From: an uncultured Gemmatimonadaceae bacterium
Lineage (GTDB): Bacteria > Gemmatimonadota > Gemmatimonadetes > Gemmatimonadales > Gemmatimonadaceae
Assembly (NCBI GenBank): GCA_963822945.1
Contig: CAWGJO010000004.1
Span: 32,001-96,000 of the forward strand
Reading direction: 5' to 3'
Length of the DNA stretch: 64,000 nucleotides
Position numbers and translations under genes: made by a program. The first letter of the stretch is position 1; each line of letters starts with the position of its first letter. Below the pieces are notes generated by a model. The model was given only the letters and a program-made list of their open reading frames with translations. It did not search any database and was not told the DNA's origin. Positions 41,412 to 49,962 of this stretch are shown piece by piece.

Positions 41412-42103
41412 AGACACCCACCATCAGCTACCGCGAATGGCTCCACCGGAAGCCGACGCCGCCGGCGTCGGGCGCGCCGGTGGCGGAGCCCGGTCTGCCG
41501 TCTCCGGAAACGCCCGCGCCTGCTGGCGGGGAGCCCGACGCGCAGCGTGCCGAGCCGGTGGAGGTCGTCGGTCCCGCGCAGCCGCGGTCCGCCGCAGCGC
41601 AGGCGGCGGTCTCCGTCGCAGCGCAGGCGGCGGTCCCCGTCGCAGCGGCGGCGTCCGCCGTACCCGCGGCGAAAGCGGTGGAGCATCTGGTGTTCCGGGT
41701 GGGGCGCGAGTTGTTCGCGCTGCCCCTCGACGTGGTCGAAGAAGCGCTCGACATCGACCGCATCCAGCGCATCCCCGAGATGAACCCCACGATGTTGGGG
41801 GTGCTCACGCTGCGCGGCGCCACCGTGCCGCTGTACGCGCCGTCGATTCCGCTGGGCGTGCCCGACAGCGACCACCGGGCGGCACTCGTCTTCGTTCGGG
41901 CGAGAGGGATGGTGGCCCTCGCCGTGGACGATGTGGACGACGTGCTGGAGATCGCCGCCGACGACGTGCAGCGCCCGCCGCTGGATTTCACCGACGGCGT
42001 GTTGTCGGGCGTCGCGCGTCGTGGCGCGGACCTCATCGGCGTGCTGGATGCCGACGCGCTCATCGCCGCCTGTCGCGCCGAACCGGTGCTGGAGACCGCA
42101 TGA
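41408..42103 (+). CDS. cheW: CheW (2) with Pro/Ala-rich N-terminal extension
   Basis: LVFRVGRELFALPL, RIPEM..MLGVLTLRG. Confidence 0.82.
   Translation: MKTPTISYREWLHRKPTPPASGAPVAEPGLPSPETPAPAGGEPDAQRAEPVEVVGPAQPRSAAAQAAVSVAAQAAVPVAAAASAVPAAKAVEHLVFRVGRELFALPLDVVEEALDIDRIQRIPEMNPTMLGVLTLRGATVPLYAPSIPLGVPDSDHRAALVFVRARGMVALAVDDVDDVLEIAADDVQRPPLDFTDGVLSGVARRGADLIGVLDADALIAACRAEPVLETA
41593..41647 (+). repeat. in-frame 24-bp tandem repeat (AAQAAV[S/P]V) in the CheW2 linker
   Basis: Two copies differing at one base plus a partial third. Confidence 0.85.
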
Positions 42104-42582
42104 CCAAGCCTCGTATTGCCAAGATCGTCTGGTTCCGCCTGGGCCCGGACTACTTCGCGGCCGACATCTTCTCGGTGGAGCGCGTGCTCCGCTACCAGCC
42201 GCCGACCACGGTGCCCAACGTGCCCGAATGGATCGAAGGCGTGATCGAGTATCAGGGGCGCGTGGTCCCGGTGGTGAGCCTGCGCCGCCGCTTCCAGCTC
42301 CCGGCCGTGCCGGCCACGCCCGAGACCCGCGTGCTGATTCTCAAGTCGGGCGACGAGTGGGTGGGTGTGGTGGTCGACGCCGTGCTCGAAGTCGCCAGCT
42401 TCGACGAGGCGCTGCTGTCGCCGCCGCCGCCGCTCTTCCGGGGGCTCGCCGGGGAATACCTGCGCGGCATCGTCCGCCTGAACGACCGTCTGCTGATCTA
42501 TCTCGACGTCGACCGGCTGCTGTCGTCCGACGACCGGTTGGCCCTGGAGCGCGCGACCGAGGAGGCGCTGCCGAATGGCTGA
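42100..42582 (+). CDS. cheW: CheW (3)
   Basis: WFRLG, VERVL, VPNVPEWIEGVIEYQGRVVPVVSL, VGVVVDAVLEV. Confidence 0.88.
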   Translation: MTKPRIAKIVWFRLGPDYFAADIFSVERVLRYQPPTTVPNVPEWIEGVIEYQGRVVPVVSLRRRFQLPAVPATPETRVLILKSGDEWVGVVVDAVLEVASFDEALLSPPPPLFRGLAGEYLRGIVRLNDRLLIYLDVDRLLSSDDRLALERATEEALPNG

Positions 42583-43420
42583 TGCCCCGCTCGGCGAATA
42601 CCGGGCACAGTACGCGGCGTTGGACTCGCGGCTCGACGCGCCGACCGCCGGCGCCGAACGCGATGCACTGAAGGCCGAGATCGTGGCGTTCTTCCGGCAG
42701 GTGGAGCGGGACGTCGTCGAACTCACGAAGCTGCGCGACGAGATCAAGACGCTCGTGGACAAGTGGAAGGCGCTTGCCGCGCCGTCGCTGGCCCCCGAGT
42801 TCAGCGCGGCGCGGCCGGTGGTTCACGCCGACCACATCGGGGCGTCCACGTTCATCGAGAAGGGCTGGAGCCGGCTGTCGCTGGGCGAGTACGAGGCGGC
42901 GGAGGCGGCCCTGCGCAAGGCCATCGAACTGTCACCCAACGATCCGCAGTCCGAAGCGCTGCTCGGCTGGGCGCTGATGCTCCAGGAGAAGTACGACGAC
43001 GCGCTGCTGACCTTCCAGCAGGTGCTCACCCGCGAACCGATGAACGCGTTGGCGCGCATCAACGTCGGCTATATCTGCCTCAAGAAGCGGATATTCGGGG
43101 AGTCCATCGAACACCTGTCCAAGGCCATCCGGCTGGACAACGACAAGAAGGCGACGCTGTACGCGCACTTCTACCTGGGGCTGGTGTATCTGGAGCGCGA
43201 CATGTTCGAGGACGCCCAGACCTTCTTCCAGAAGACCATCGCGCTGGGACCCAACTTGATCGAGGCCTACTACGAACTGGGACGCGCGTACTGGTTCAAC
43301 GGCCAGCGCGACGAGGCGATGCAGACGTGGCGCGACGGATTCGCCATGAACAAGTTCAATCCATGGGGAAAGCGGTGCGCCGAAGTCCTGAAAACGGTGG
43401 AGGCGGGCGGGGAGCCATAG
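42575..43420 (+). CDS. coiled-coil plus TPR protein
   Basis: N-terminal heptad-like helix followed by several TPR units. Confidence 0.8.
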   Translation: MADAPLGEYRAQYAALDSRLDAPTAGAERDALKAEIVAFFRQVERDVVELTKLRDEIKTLVDKWKALAAPSLAPEFSAARPVVHADHIGASTFIEKGWSRLSLGEYEAAEAALRKAIELSPNDPQSEALLGWALMLQEKYDDALLTFQQVLTREPMNALARINVGYICLKKRIFGESIEHLSKAIRLDNDKKATLYAHFYLGLVYLERDMFEDAQTFFQKTIALGPNLIEAYYELGRAYWFNGQRDEAMQTWRDGFAMNKFNPWGKRCAEVLKTVEAGGEP

Positions 43421-43452
43421 CCGGACGGCGCGCCCGCGCGCCGGTGCGTGCC

Positions 43453-44418
43453 ATGCTGGTCGCGTGCGCGGTGGCGCTGGCCTTGCCGGCGGCGGCGCGG
43501 AGCCAGGCGGCTGCCCCGCTTCGCCTCGACCGTGGGCGGTTCACCGTGGTCGCCTATCCGGAGGACGCGCGGCTGGCGCGGACCATTCTCCAGACCGCGC
43601 TGGTGCACGACACCTTTCCGTGGCTGCCCCGTCCGCGGGAGCACGTGCTGATCGCGATCGCGCCCGACTACGCGCGATTCCGCGAATGGGCCGGCCCCGA
43701 CGCGCCCGAATGGGGCGCGGCGCTCGCCTTTCCCGACACGCGGCGCATCGTGCTCCAGGGAAGCCGGTCTGGCGCCGACGCCGGAAACCCCGTCGAGGTG
43801 GTGCGCCACGAACTGGCGCACCTGGCGCTCCACGAGTATCTGGGCGGCCTGCCGCCGCGCTGGTTCGACGAGGGCTATGCCAGTTACTCGGCCCACGAAC
43901 TCTCGCGCGACGATGCGCTCGCGGCGAATCTGGCGCTGGCGCTCGAGGGGGTGCCGACCCTTCGGCAGTTGGAGGGGTACTTCTCCCAGGGGGCCACGAC
44001 GGCGCGCGCCGGGTATGCGCTGGCGGCGAGTGCCGTGGCCGATATGGCAGCGCTGGATCCCCGGAACGGTCTGACACATGTGTTTGCGGCCTGGCGCGAG
44101 ACCGGGTCTCTCGATCGGGCGTTGCGCCAGTCCGACGGGATCACGCTCGACGGCTTCGAAGCCGACTGGCGAAAGCAGGCGCGCCGCCGTTACGGCGCAC
44201 TGGCCATCATGGAAGATCTCACCCTGCTCGGGATCCTGTTTCTGGTGTTCGTGCTGCCGCTCTGGATTGCGCGACGCCGGCGCGATCGCTCCCGGATGGA
44301 GGCGTTGAAGGCGGCGGATGCGGCCGCCGAGGCGTTGGAGCGCGAAAGCGCGCTGGCGGAGCTGCTGGGCCCGTGGCCGCCGGCGGGAGGGACGGGCGGT
44401 GGAACGGGCGATGCGTAG
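43453..44418 (+). CDS. peptidase MA-like (gluzincin) protein with signal peptide and C-terminal TM anchor
   Basis: HELAH...PRWFDEGYA; TM LLGILFLVFVLPLWI followed by RRRR; start approximate. Confidence 0.8.
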   Translation: MLVACAVALALPAAARSQAAAPLRLDRGRFTVVAYPEDARLARTILQTALVHDTFPWLPRPREHVLIAIAPDYARFREWAGPDAPEWGAALAFPDTRRIVLQGSRSGADAGNPVEVVRHELAHLALHEYLGGLPPRWFDEGYASYSAHELSRDDALAANLALALEGVPTLRQLEGYFSQGATTARAGYALAASAVADMAALDPRNGLTHVFAAWRETGSLDRALRQSDGITLDGFEADWRKQARRRYGALAIMEDLTLLGILFLVFVLPLWIARRRRDRSRMEALKAADAAAEALERESALAELLGPWPPAGGTGGGTGDA

Positions 44419-44451
44419 CTGCCGTAACCGCCCGTAGTGACTAGGGTTGCC

Positions 44452-44480
44452 TTGACACTAACTTTGGCGGTCCATAGTGT
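44452..44480 (+). promoter_or_regulatory. sigma70-type promoter, probably leaderless
   Basis: TTGACA-N17-TAGTGT, then 8 nt to ATG 44489. Confidence 0.7.
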
Positions 44481-44488
44481 TGTGGTTT

Positions 44489-44659
44489 ATGGCAGAAACC
44501 GACATTTCATCCCGCTCTCGCCGCCTGGGCTGGTGGGGCCTGGCTCTTGCGACGATCCTCGCCGGGTACGCCGACCTCGCTCGGGGCGGCGACACGATTG
44601 CACCGATCCTCCTCGTCGTCGGTTACTGTGTTCTCGTTCCACTCGCAATTCTGAAATAA
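44489..44659 (+). CDS. small two-TM membrane protein (56 aa)
   Basis: MAETDISSRSRRLGWWGLALATILAGY...IAPILLVVGYCVLVPLAILK directly after a consensus-like promoter. Confidence 0.65.
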   Translation: MAETDISSRSRRLGWWGLALATILAGYADLARGGDTIAPILLVVGYCVLVPLAILK

Positions 44660-44683
44660 TCTCCCGGGGTGTTGGCGTTCTGA

Positions 44684-44757
44684 GGGCGAATAGCTCAGTT
44701 GGTTAGAGCGCCTGCCTTACACGCAGGAAGTCGGGGGTTCGAGTCCCTCTTCGCCCA
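44684..44757 (+). tRNA. tRNA-Val(TAC), CCA not encoded
   Basis: Acceptor GGGCGAA/TTCGCCC, D arm TAGCTCAGTTGGTTAGAGC, anticodon stem CCTGC/GCAGG with TAC at 44718-44720, GGTTCGAGTCC T arm. Confidence 0.97.
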
Positions 44758-44825
44758 CTAGGGGTAAAGGGGGAACTACGTTCCGTTGTCTTGGGTACGA
44801 TTTACATAGTGCGGAGGAGCCGACC

Positions 44826-46577
44826 GTGAAGGTATTGCAGCGCCGGATGGTGGTGGGTCTCGCGATCGCCGTGGTGGCGGGTATGCCGTCGATGGCCGAA
44901 GCGCAGTACGGGTACAACCGTCCGCGCGGCCCGACGGCCGATACGCCGCACCTGCTGGTGGGCACGTGCCACAGCACGCCGCGCCAGCTCGGCGTCGACG
45001 CCGCCAAGGAGCTCCGCGATCGCATCCAGATCGAGAACAACCCGCGCGACCTGTACGTCATTCCCAACAAGGACGTGAACACGGCGCTCACGGCGTCCGG
45101 CTACGCGCCGGACTCCGCGCTGAGCATGAGCGACCTCGGGGCGCTCGGCAAGCTCGTGCACGCCGACGAGATCCTGGACTGCGATGCGTCGCAGACCTCG
45201 GACGGCGTCCACCTGGCCGTGCGCATGCTGCTGGCGAGCGACGTCACGAAGACCCAGCCACTGCCCTCCGTGGACGCCAAGAACTTCGGCGACGCGGCCA
45301 AGGTGGTGGAGCGCGAGCACACGGCGGCGCGCAAGCAGCTCGAAGGCTACAACAAGTGCCGCAACGAACTGCTGGACGGCAAGCTGCAGGACGCCGCGAA
45401 GGATGCGCTGGACGCGATCCGGCAGTACCCGCAGGCAACGCTCGCCCGGCTCTGCCTGGCGTCGGTGTATGCCGACAAGCGGATGAACTACCCGCCGGAT
45501 TCGGTGCTGGCGATCACCGACCAGATCCTCAAGATCGACCCGAACAACGCGTTCGCCCTCCGCATCGCGATCGGCGCCTACAGTCAGAAGGGCGACCAGG
45601 CCGCGGAGATCGACGCCGAGCAGCGGCTGTTCAAGCTCGAGCCGCAGAACCAGACGTTGGCCACGCAGATCGTCGACGCGCTCGCCGCGTCCACCGATCC
45701 GTCCAAGGCGCTGCCGATTCTCGAGAATCTGCTCAAGAAGAACCCGGGCGACCCGAGCTACCTGCAGCAGCTGTGGAAGCTCCAGGCCAAGCTGAACATG
45801 TTCCCGCAGGCCCTCGCCACCGGCGATCAGATGGTGCAGTCGGATTCGACACTGGCCGACAGCGCGTACTTCCATCGCCAGATCGCCATGGCGTCGCAGG
45901 ACAGCAACTGGGCGAAGGTGGCGCAATACGCGCAGCAGGGCGAGCAGAAGTTCCCCAAGGACGGGCAACTCGCATACCTCGGCGGCGTGGCGTTGCGGAA
46001 CCTCAAGCAGTACGACCAGGCCGCGGCGTCGTTCCGCGCGGCACTGGCCGCGGATTCCACGAACACCAATGCGCGCCTCTACCTGGCGCAGACGTATTCC
46101 GACCTCAACCAGCCGGATAGCGTACTGAAGATCGCCGATGCGGCCATCGCCGACGGCGGCGACAAGAGCGTGTGGGGGCCGATGCTGCTCGCGCCGGTGC
46201 AGGACCTTCTGGAGAAGACCAAGACCGACACGGCCAATGCGACGCAGTACTACCAGCGCGCCTATCAGTTGTCGGTGCACGCGGACAGTCTGGCCCCGTC
46301 GGCCACCGGACACTTCTTCATCGGTGTGACGTCGGTCCAGTTGGCCGTCGATGCGATGCGCCGGTCGCAGACGGCCGCGCAGGACAAGCACATGGAAGAC
46401 GCCTGTACGGCCGCCAAGGAAGCGCAGGAATACTTCACCCAGTCGCAGCTGCACATGCCGCAGGGCGGCTCGGTGGACGCGCAGACCGCCGGCGCGGTGA
46501 TGAACGCCGTCACACAGTACGCCCCGAATGCCGACAAGATGGTGAAGGCCTACTGCACGACCAAGAAGAAGCACTAG
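44826..46577 (+). CDS. secreted TPR-like alpha-helical protein
   Basis: SD GAGGAG, signal peptide ending AEA-Q, TPR-like units (IDPNN, LEPQN, ARLYLAQTY). Confidence 0.75.
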   Translation: MKVLQRRMVVGLAIAVVAGMPSMAEAQYGYNRPRGPTADTPHLLVGTCHSTPRQLGVDAAKELRDRIQIENNPRDLYVIPNKDVNTALTASGYAPDSALSMSDLGALGKLVHADEILDCDASQTSDGVHLAVRMLLASDVTKTQPLPSVDAKNFGDAAKVVEREHTAARKQLEGYNKCRNELLDGKLQDAAKDALDAIRQYPQATLARLCLASVYADKRMNYPPDSVLAITDQILKIDPNNAFALRIAIGAYSQKGDQAAEIDAEQRLFKLEPQNQTLATQIVDALAASTDPSKALPILENLLKKNPGDPSYLQQLWKLQAKLNMFPQALATGDQMVQSDSTLADSAYFHRQIAMASQDSNWAKVAQYAQQGEQKFPKDGQLAYLGGVALRNLKQYDQAAASFRAALAADSTNTNARLYLAQTYSDLNQPDSVLKIADAAIADGGDKSVWGPMLLAPVQDLLEKTKTDTANATQYYQRAYQLSVHADSLAPSATGHFFIGVTSVQLAVDAMRRSQTAAQDKHMEDACTAAKEAQEYFTQSQLHMPQGGSVDAQTAGAVMNAVTQYAPNADKMVKAYCTTKKKH

Positions 46578-46597
46578 GCGCACCTCGAGGTCGTTCG

Positions 46598-46628
46598 CGA
46601 AGCCCGCCGGTGTTTCCGGCGGGCTTCG
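46598..46628 (+). terminator. 13-bp perfect hairpin, probable terminator
   Basis: CGAAGCCCGCCGG-tgttt-CCGGCGGGCTTCG 20 nt after the stop; weak U-tract. Confidence 0.65.
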
Positions 46629-46668
46629 TCGCTTGTGGGGGATGCCCTCTCCATATTGCTTTCTCTCC

Positions 46669-47643
46669 GTGATCTCCGACGTTCATCAGCCCACCGAGCC
46701 TGCCACCGACGCCGCGCCGTCCATTGCCTGGGCCAGCGCATACCATGCGCCGGTGCTGGCCGACGAGGTGGTGCGGCTCATGGAGGGCGCGCGACACGTG
46801 CTCGATGGCACGTTGGGCGGCGGGGGCCACACCGCGGCGCTGCTCGCGGCCGGAGCCCGCGTGACGGCCGTGGACCGCGATCCGGACGCCATCGCGGCGG
46901 CGGGCGCCCGGCTCGCGCACTACGTGCGCGAGCGGAAGCTGCGGCTCGTGCCCGGCAACTACGCGCAGCTCGAACGCACGCCGATTGCCGGCGAGCGATT
47001 CGACGGCATCCTGCTCGACCTCGGCATCTCGTCGCACCAGATCGACGATGCTGCGCGCGGATTCAGCTTTCGCGAAGGTGCGCCGCTGGACATGCGCATG
47101 GGCCCCGATGCCGCGCAGGATGCGGCCACCTTCCTGAACACGTCGGACGAGGGGGAGTTGGCGTGGGTGTTCCGCGAGTACGGCGACGAGCGCCGCGCCA
47201 TCCGGCTGGCGCGCTCGGTGGTGCACCGCCGTGCCAACCGTCCATTCGCCACCAGCGACGATTTCGTGGGCGCCATCCGTGCAACCCTCGGGCCGCGGAG
47301 CGGGCCGGGGGATTTCGCGCGCCTGTTCCAGGCCGTGCGCATCGCGATCAACGAGGAACTGCTCGGCCTGGAGCGCGCGCTGCCCGATCTCCGCGATCGC
47401 TTGGAGCCGCACGGCGTGTTCGCGGTCATCTCGTACCACTCGGGTGAGGACCGCATCGTCAAGCACGCGTTCCGCGACTGGAGCACGGCCTGTACCTGCC
47501 CGCCGCGGCAGCCGGTGTGCACGTGCGGTGGAAAGGCTCTTGGTGCGCTCGTCACCCGCCGGGCCGTGCAGGCCACGCCGGCCGAAGTGGACGCCAACCC
47601 CCGCGCGCGGAGCGCGCGGCTCCGGGCATGGCGCGCCGCGTGA
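46669..47643 (+). CDS. rsmH: 16S rRNA m4C1402 methyltransferase RsmH (MraW)
   Basis: HAPVL, DGTLGGGGH, LDLGISSHQID, PLDMRM, FQAVRIAIN, NPRARSARLR; start uncertain. Confidence 0.94.
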   Translation: MISDVHQPTEPATDAAPSIAWASAYHAPVLADEVVRLMEGARHVLDGTLGGGGHTAALLAAGARVTAVDRDPDAIAAAGARLAHYVRERKLRLVPGNYAQLERTPIAGERFDGILLDLGISSHQIDDAARGFSFREGAPLDMRMGPDAAQDAATFLNTSDEGELAWVFREYGDERRAIRLARSVVHRRANRPFATSDDFVGAIRATLGPRSGPGDFARLFQAVRIAINEELLGLERALPDLRDRLEPHGVFAVISYHSGEDRIVKHAFRDWSTACTCPPRQPVCTCGGKALGALVTRRAVQATPAEVDANPRARSARLRAWRAA

Positions 47644-47936
47644 AGCGCGGGTGGAGCCCGCGCGCCGTGGTCGCCCTCGTTTTGCTGGGTTTCGTTCTGG
47701 TGGCTACGGGCGTCATCTGGCGGAGGAGCCTCGGCATCCGGCAGCAACGCGCCCTGCGCCAACTGGAGCGGCAGCGCGACGCACTCGAGGCCGAGCGCGT
47801 CCGGCTGACGGGCGAGATCCGCGATTCGTCGAGCCTGGCGCGGCTGGCGCCCATTCTACAACGCATGCACATGCACGTCCCCGCCGACAGCACCGTCATC
47901 ACCCTGCCGCGGTCGCGCCCGCATGATCCGGAATAG
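47628..47936 (+). CDS. ftsL: cell division protein FtsL-like
   Basis: Single TM plus coiled coil, located between rsmH and ftsI. Confidence 0.7.
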   Translation: MARRVKRGWSPRAVVALVLLGFVLVATGVIWRRSLGIRQQRALRQLERQRDALEAERVRLTGEIRDSSSLARLAPILQRMHMHVPADSTVITLPRSRPHDPE

Positions 47937-49962
47937 CCGGATCGGGCTCGTGCACCTGTCGCTCGCCGCGCTCGCGCTGGCCGTGATCGCGAAGGCGGGG
48001 CAGGTGCAGCTGGTGCAGGGACGGACGTGGGCGGCGCAGGCGCACAACCAGCACTTCACGAGCCGCACCGTGCCGGCACCGCGCGGCGACATTCTCGACG
48101 CGACGGGACGTACGCTCGCCGAGAGCCGGATCATGGTGCAACTCGCGGTGGCGCCGCGGGAAGTGCTCGACCGCCGTCGCCTGGCCACCGTGCTGGCCCA
48201 CGCCGGCATCGATCGCAAGTGGATCGGACGGGCCACCGACACCTCGCGCAAGTGGGTCGCCATTCCCGGGCACTTCCGCGCCACCGACGTGGCGCCGGTA
48301 ACGGCGCTGCGGGGCGTGTACACCGATCCCGTGTCCGACCGGGTGTATCCGGGCTCCGACGCCACCCGCCGCATCGTGGGCCGGGTGAACGCCGAGGGGC
48401 AGCCGGTGGACGGCATCGAACTCGCGCTCGACAGCCTGCTCCGCGGCCGGGCCGGCGTCGCGGGGATGGTGCGCGACGGCACCGGCCACAGCTTCAACTC
48501 CCCGACGCTGCCGGGCACGCCCCCGCGCGAGGGGAACACGGTGGTGCTCACGCTCAACTCCGACCTGCAGCAGATCGCCGAGCAGGCGTTGGACGAGGCC
48601 GTGGCCAAGTTGGGCGCCGACGGCGGGGACATCGTGATTCTCGACCCGGCGGACGGCGACGTGCTCGCCATGGCGAGCCACCGGCAGAATCCCCGGTCCA
48701 CCTCGGCCACTGCACTCACCGAGCCGTACGAGCCGGGATCCACCATGAAGCCGCTGATCGCCGCGGCGCTGCTGGCCCGCGGGCTGGTGACGCCCAGCGA
48801 CTCGGTGGCGACGTTCGGTGGCGAACTCACGATCAACGGGCGCACCATCCACGACGATCGGGAGGAAGGGCCGGAGCCGACGCACCTTTCGCTGGCCGAC
48901 GTGATCCGGCGGTCGAGCAATGTCGGCATCGTGCAGTTCGCCGAACGGCTCACCCCCGCCCAGGAATATCAGGCGCTGCGCGACTTCGGGTTCGGCACGC
49001 CGACCGAGATCGCCTATCCGGCGGAGAGCAACGGCATTCTTCGGCCGCCCTCGCAATGGACGTCGGAGTCGCCGAATTCGATGGCCATGGGCTACGAGAT
49101 CGCCGTCACTCCGCTGCAGCTGGCCACGGCCTACGCCGCCATCGCCAACGGCGGAGACCTGCTCCAACCGGCCATCGTCAAGGAGATCCGTTCACCCGAC
49201 GGGCGGGTGCTCTACGAGCACCATCGGCGCGTGGTGCGCCGCGTCATTCCGCCCGCCGTCGCGGCCGAGGTGCGGCAGATGCTGCTGGGCGTGGTGGAGA
49301 ACGGGACCGCGGTCAAAGCCGACCTCGCCGACTACCTGCTGGGCGGCAAGACGGGCACGCCGCGTCGCACCGTGAACGGGCGCTACGCGCCGCATGCGTA
49401 CACCCCGAACTTCGTGGGGCTCTTTCCCGGGAACGCGCCACAGTTCGTGATCGTGGTGAAACTCGACAACCCGCAGGCCGAGTACTACAGCGCGAGCACG
49501 GCGGCGCCGCTCACGAAGACGATTCTCCAGGCGGCGCTGGCGGCGCGCGACGCGGCGCTGAATCGCCGGCAACTCATGAACGACGTCGTCACCCGAGCGT
49601 CGGCGACCGACGGCCCTCGTGCACGGCTGGCGCTGGATCGGCCGGAGTCGGACTCGACGGCGGCGGTGGTGCGGGCCGAAGCGGCTGCCGCACGGGCTGC
49701 CGCCGCGGCCGACCTCGCCGCGGAGCCACCTCCCGTCACGTTCACGCTGCCGGCATCGCCCACGCCTGACCAGGCGGCACCGACGCTGCCGCCGCGCGCC
49801 GTTCCCGCCGTGGCCGGCATGCCGTTGCGCGACGCCGTGCGCACCCTGCACGATGCGGGGTTCCGCGTCCGGCTCGTGCGCGGCACCCCGGTGGCGACGG
49901 TGCCGGCCGCCGGCGCCATGGCGGGGGCCGGGTCGACGGTCGTCCTGCGGTACGACTTCTGA
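47923..49962 (+). CDS. ftsI: class B PBP FtsI with C-terminal PASTA-like domain
   Basis: RGDILD, YEPGSTMK, SSN, GKTGT. Confidence 0.92.
   Translation: MIRNSRIGLVHLSLAALALAVIAKAGQVQLVQGRTWAAQAHNQHFTSRTVPAPRGDILDATGRTLAESRIMVQLAVAPREVLDRRRLATVLAHAGIDRKWIGRATDTSRKWVAIPGHFRATDVAPVTALRGVYTDPVSDRVYPGSDATRRIVGRVNAEGQPVDGIELALDSLLRGRAGVAGMVRDGTGHSFNSPTLPGTPPREGNTVVLTLNSDLQQIAEQALDEAVAKLGADGGDIVILDPADGDVLAMASHRQNPRSTSATALTEPYEPGSTMKPLIAAALLARGLVTPSDSVATFGGELTINGRTIHDDREEGPEPTHLSLADVIRRSSNVGIVQFAERLTPAQEYQALRDFGFGTPTEIAYPAESNGILRPPSQWTSESPNSMAMGYEIAVTPLQLATAYAAIANGGDLLQPAIVKEIRSPDGRVLYEHHRRVVRRVIPPAVAAEVRQMLLGVVENGTAVKADLADYLLGGKTGTPRRTVNGRYAPHAYTPNFVGLFPGNAPQFVIVVKLDNPQAEYYSASTAAPLTKTILQAALAARDAALNRRQLMNDVVTRASATDGPRARLALDRPESDSTAAVVRAEAAAARAAAAADLAAEPPPVTFTLPASPTPDQAAPTLPPRAVPAVAGMPLRDAVRTLHDAGFRVRLVRGTPVATVPAAGAMAGAGSTVVLRYDF

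Noticed and set aside
44684..46577. Genomic island integrated at tRNA-Val
   Set aside because: No integrase and no duplicated tRNA 3' end noticed; flanking genes look like ordinary chromosomal genes
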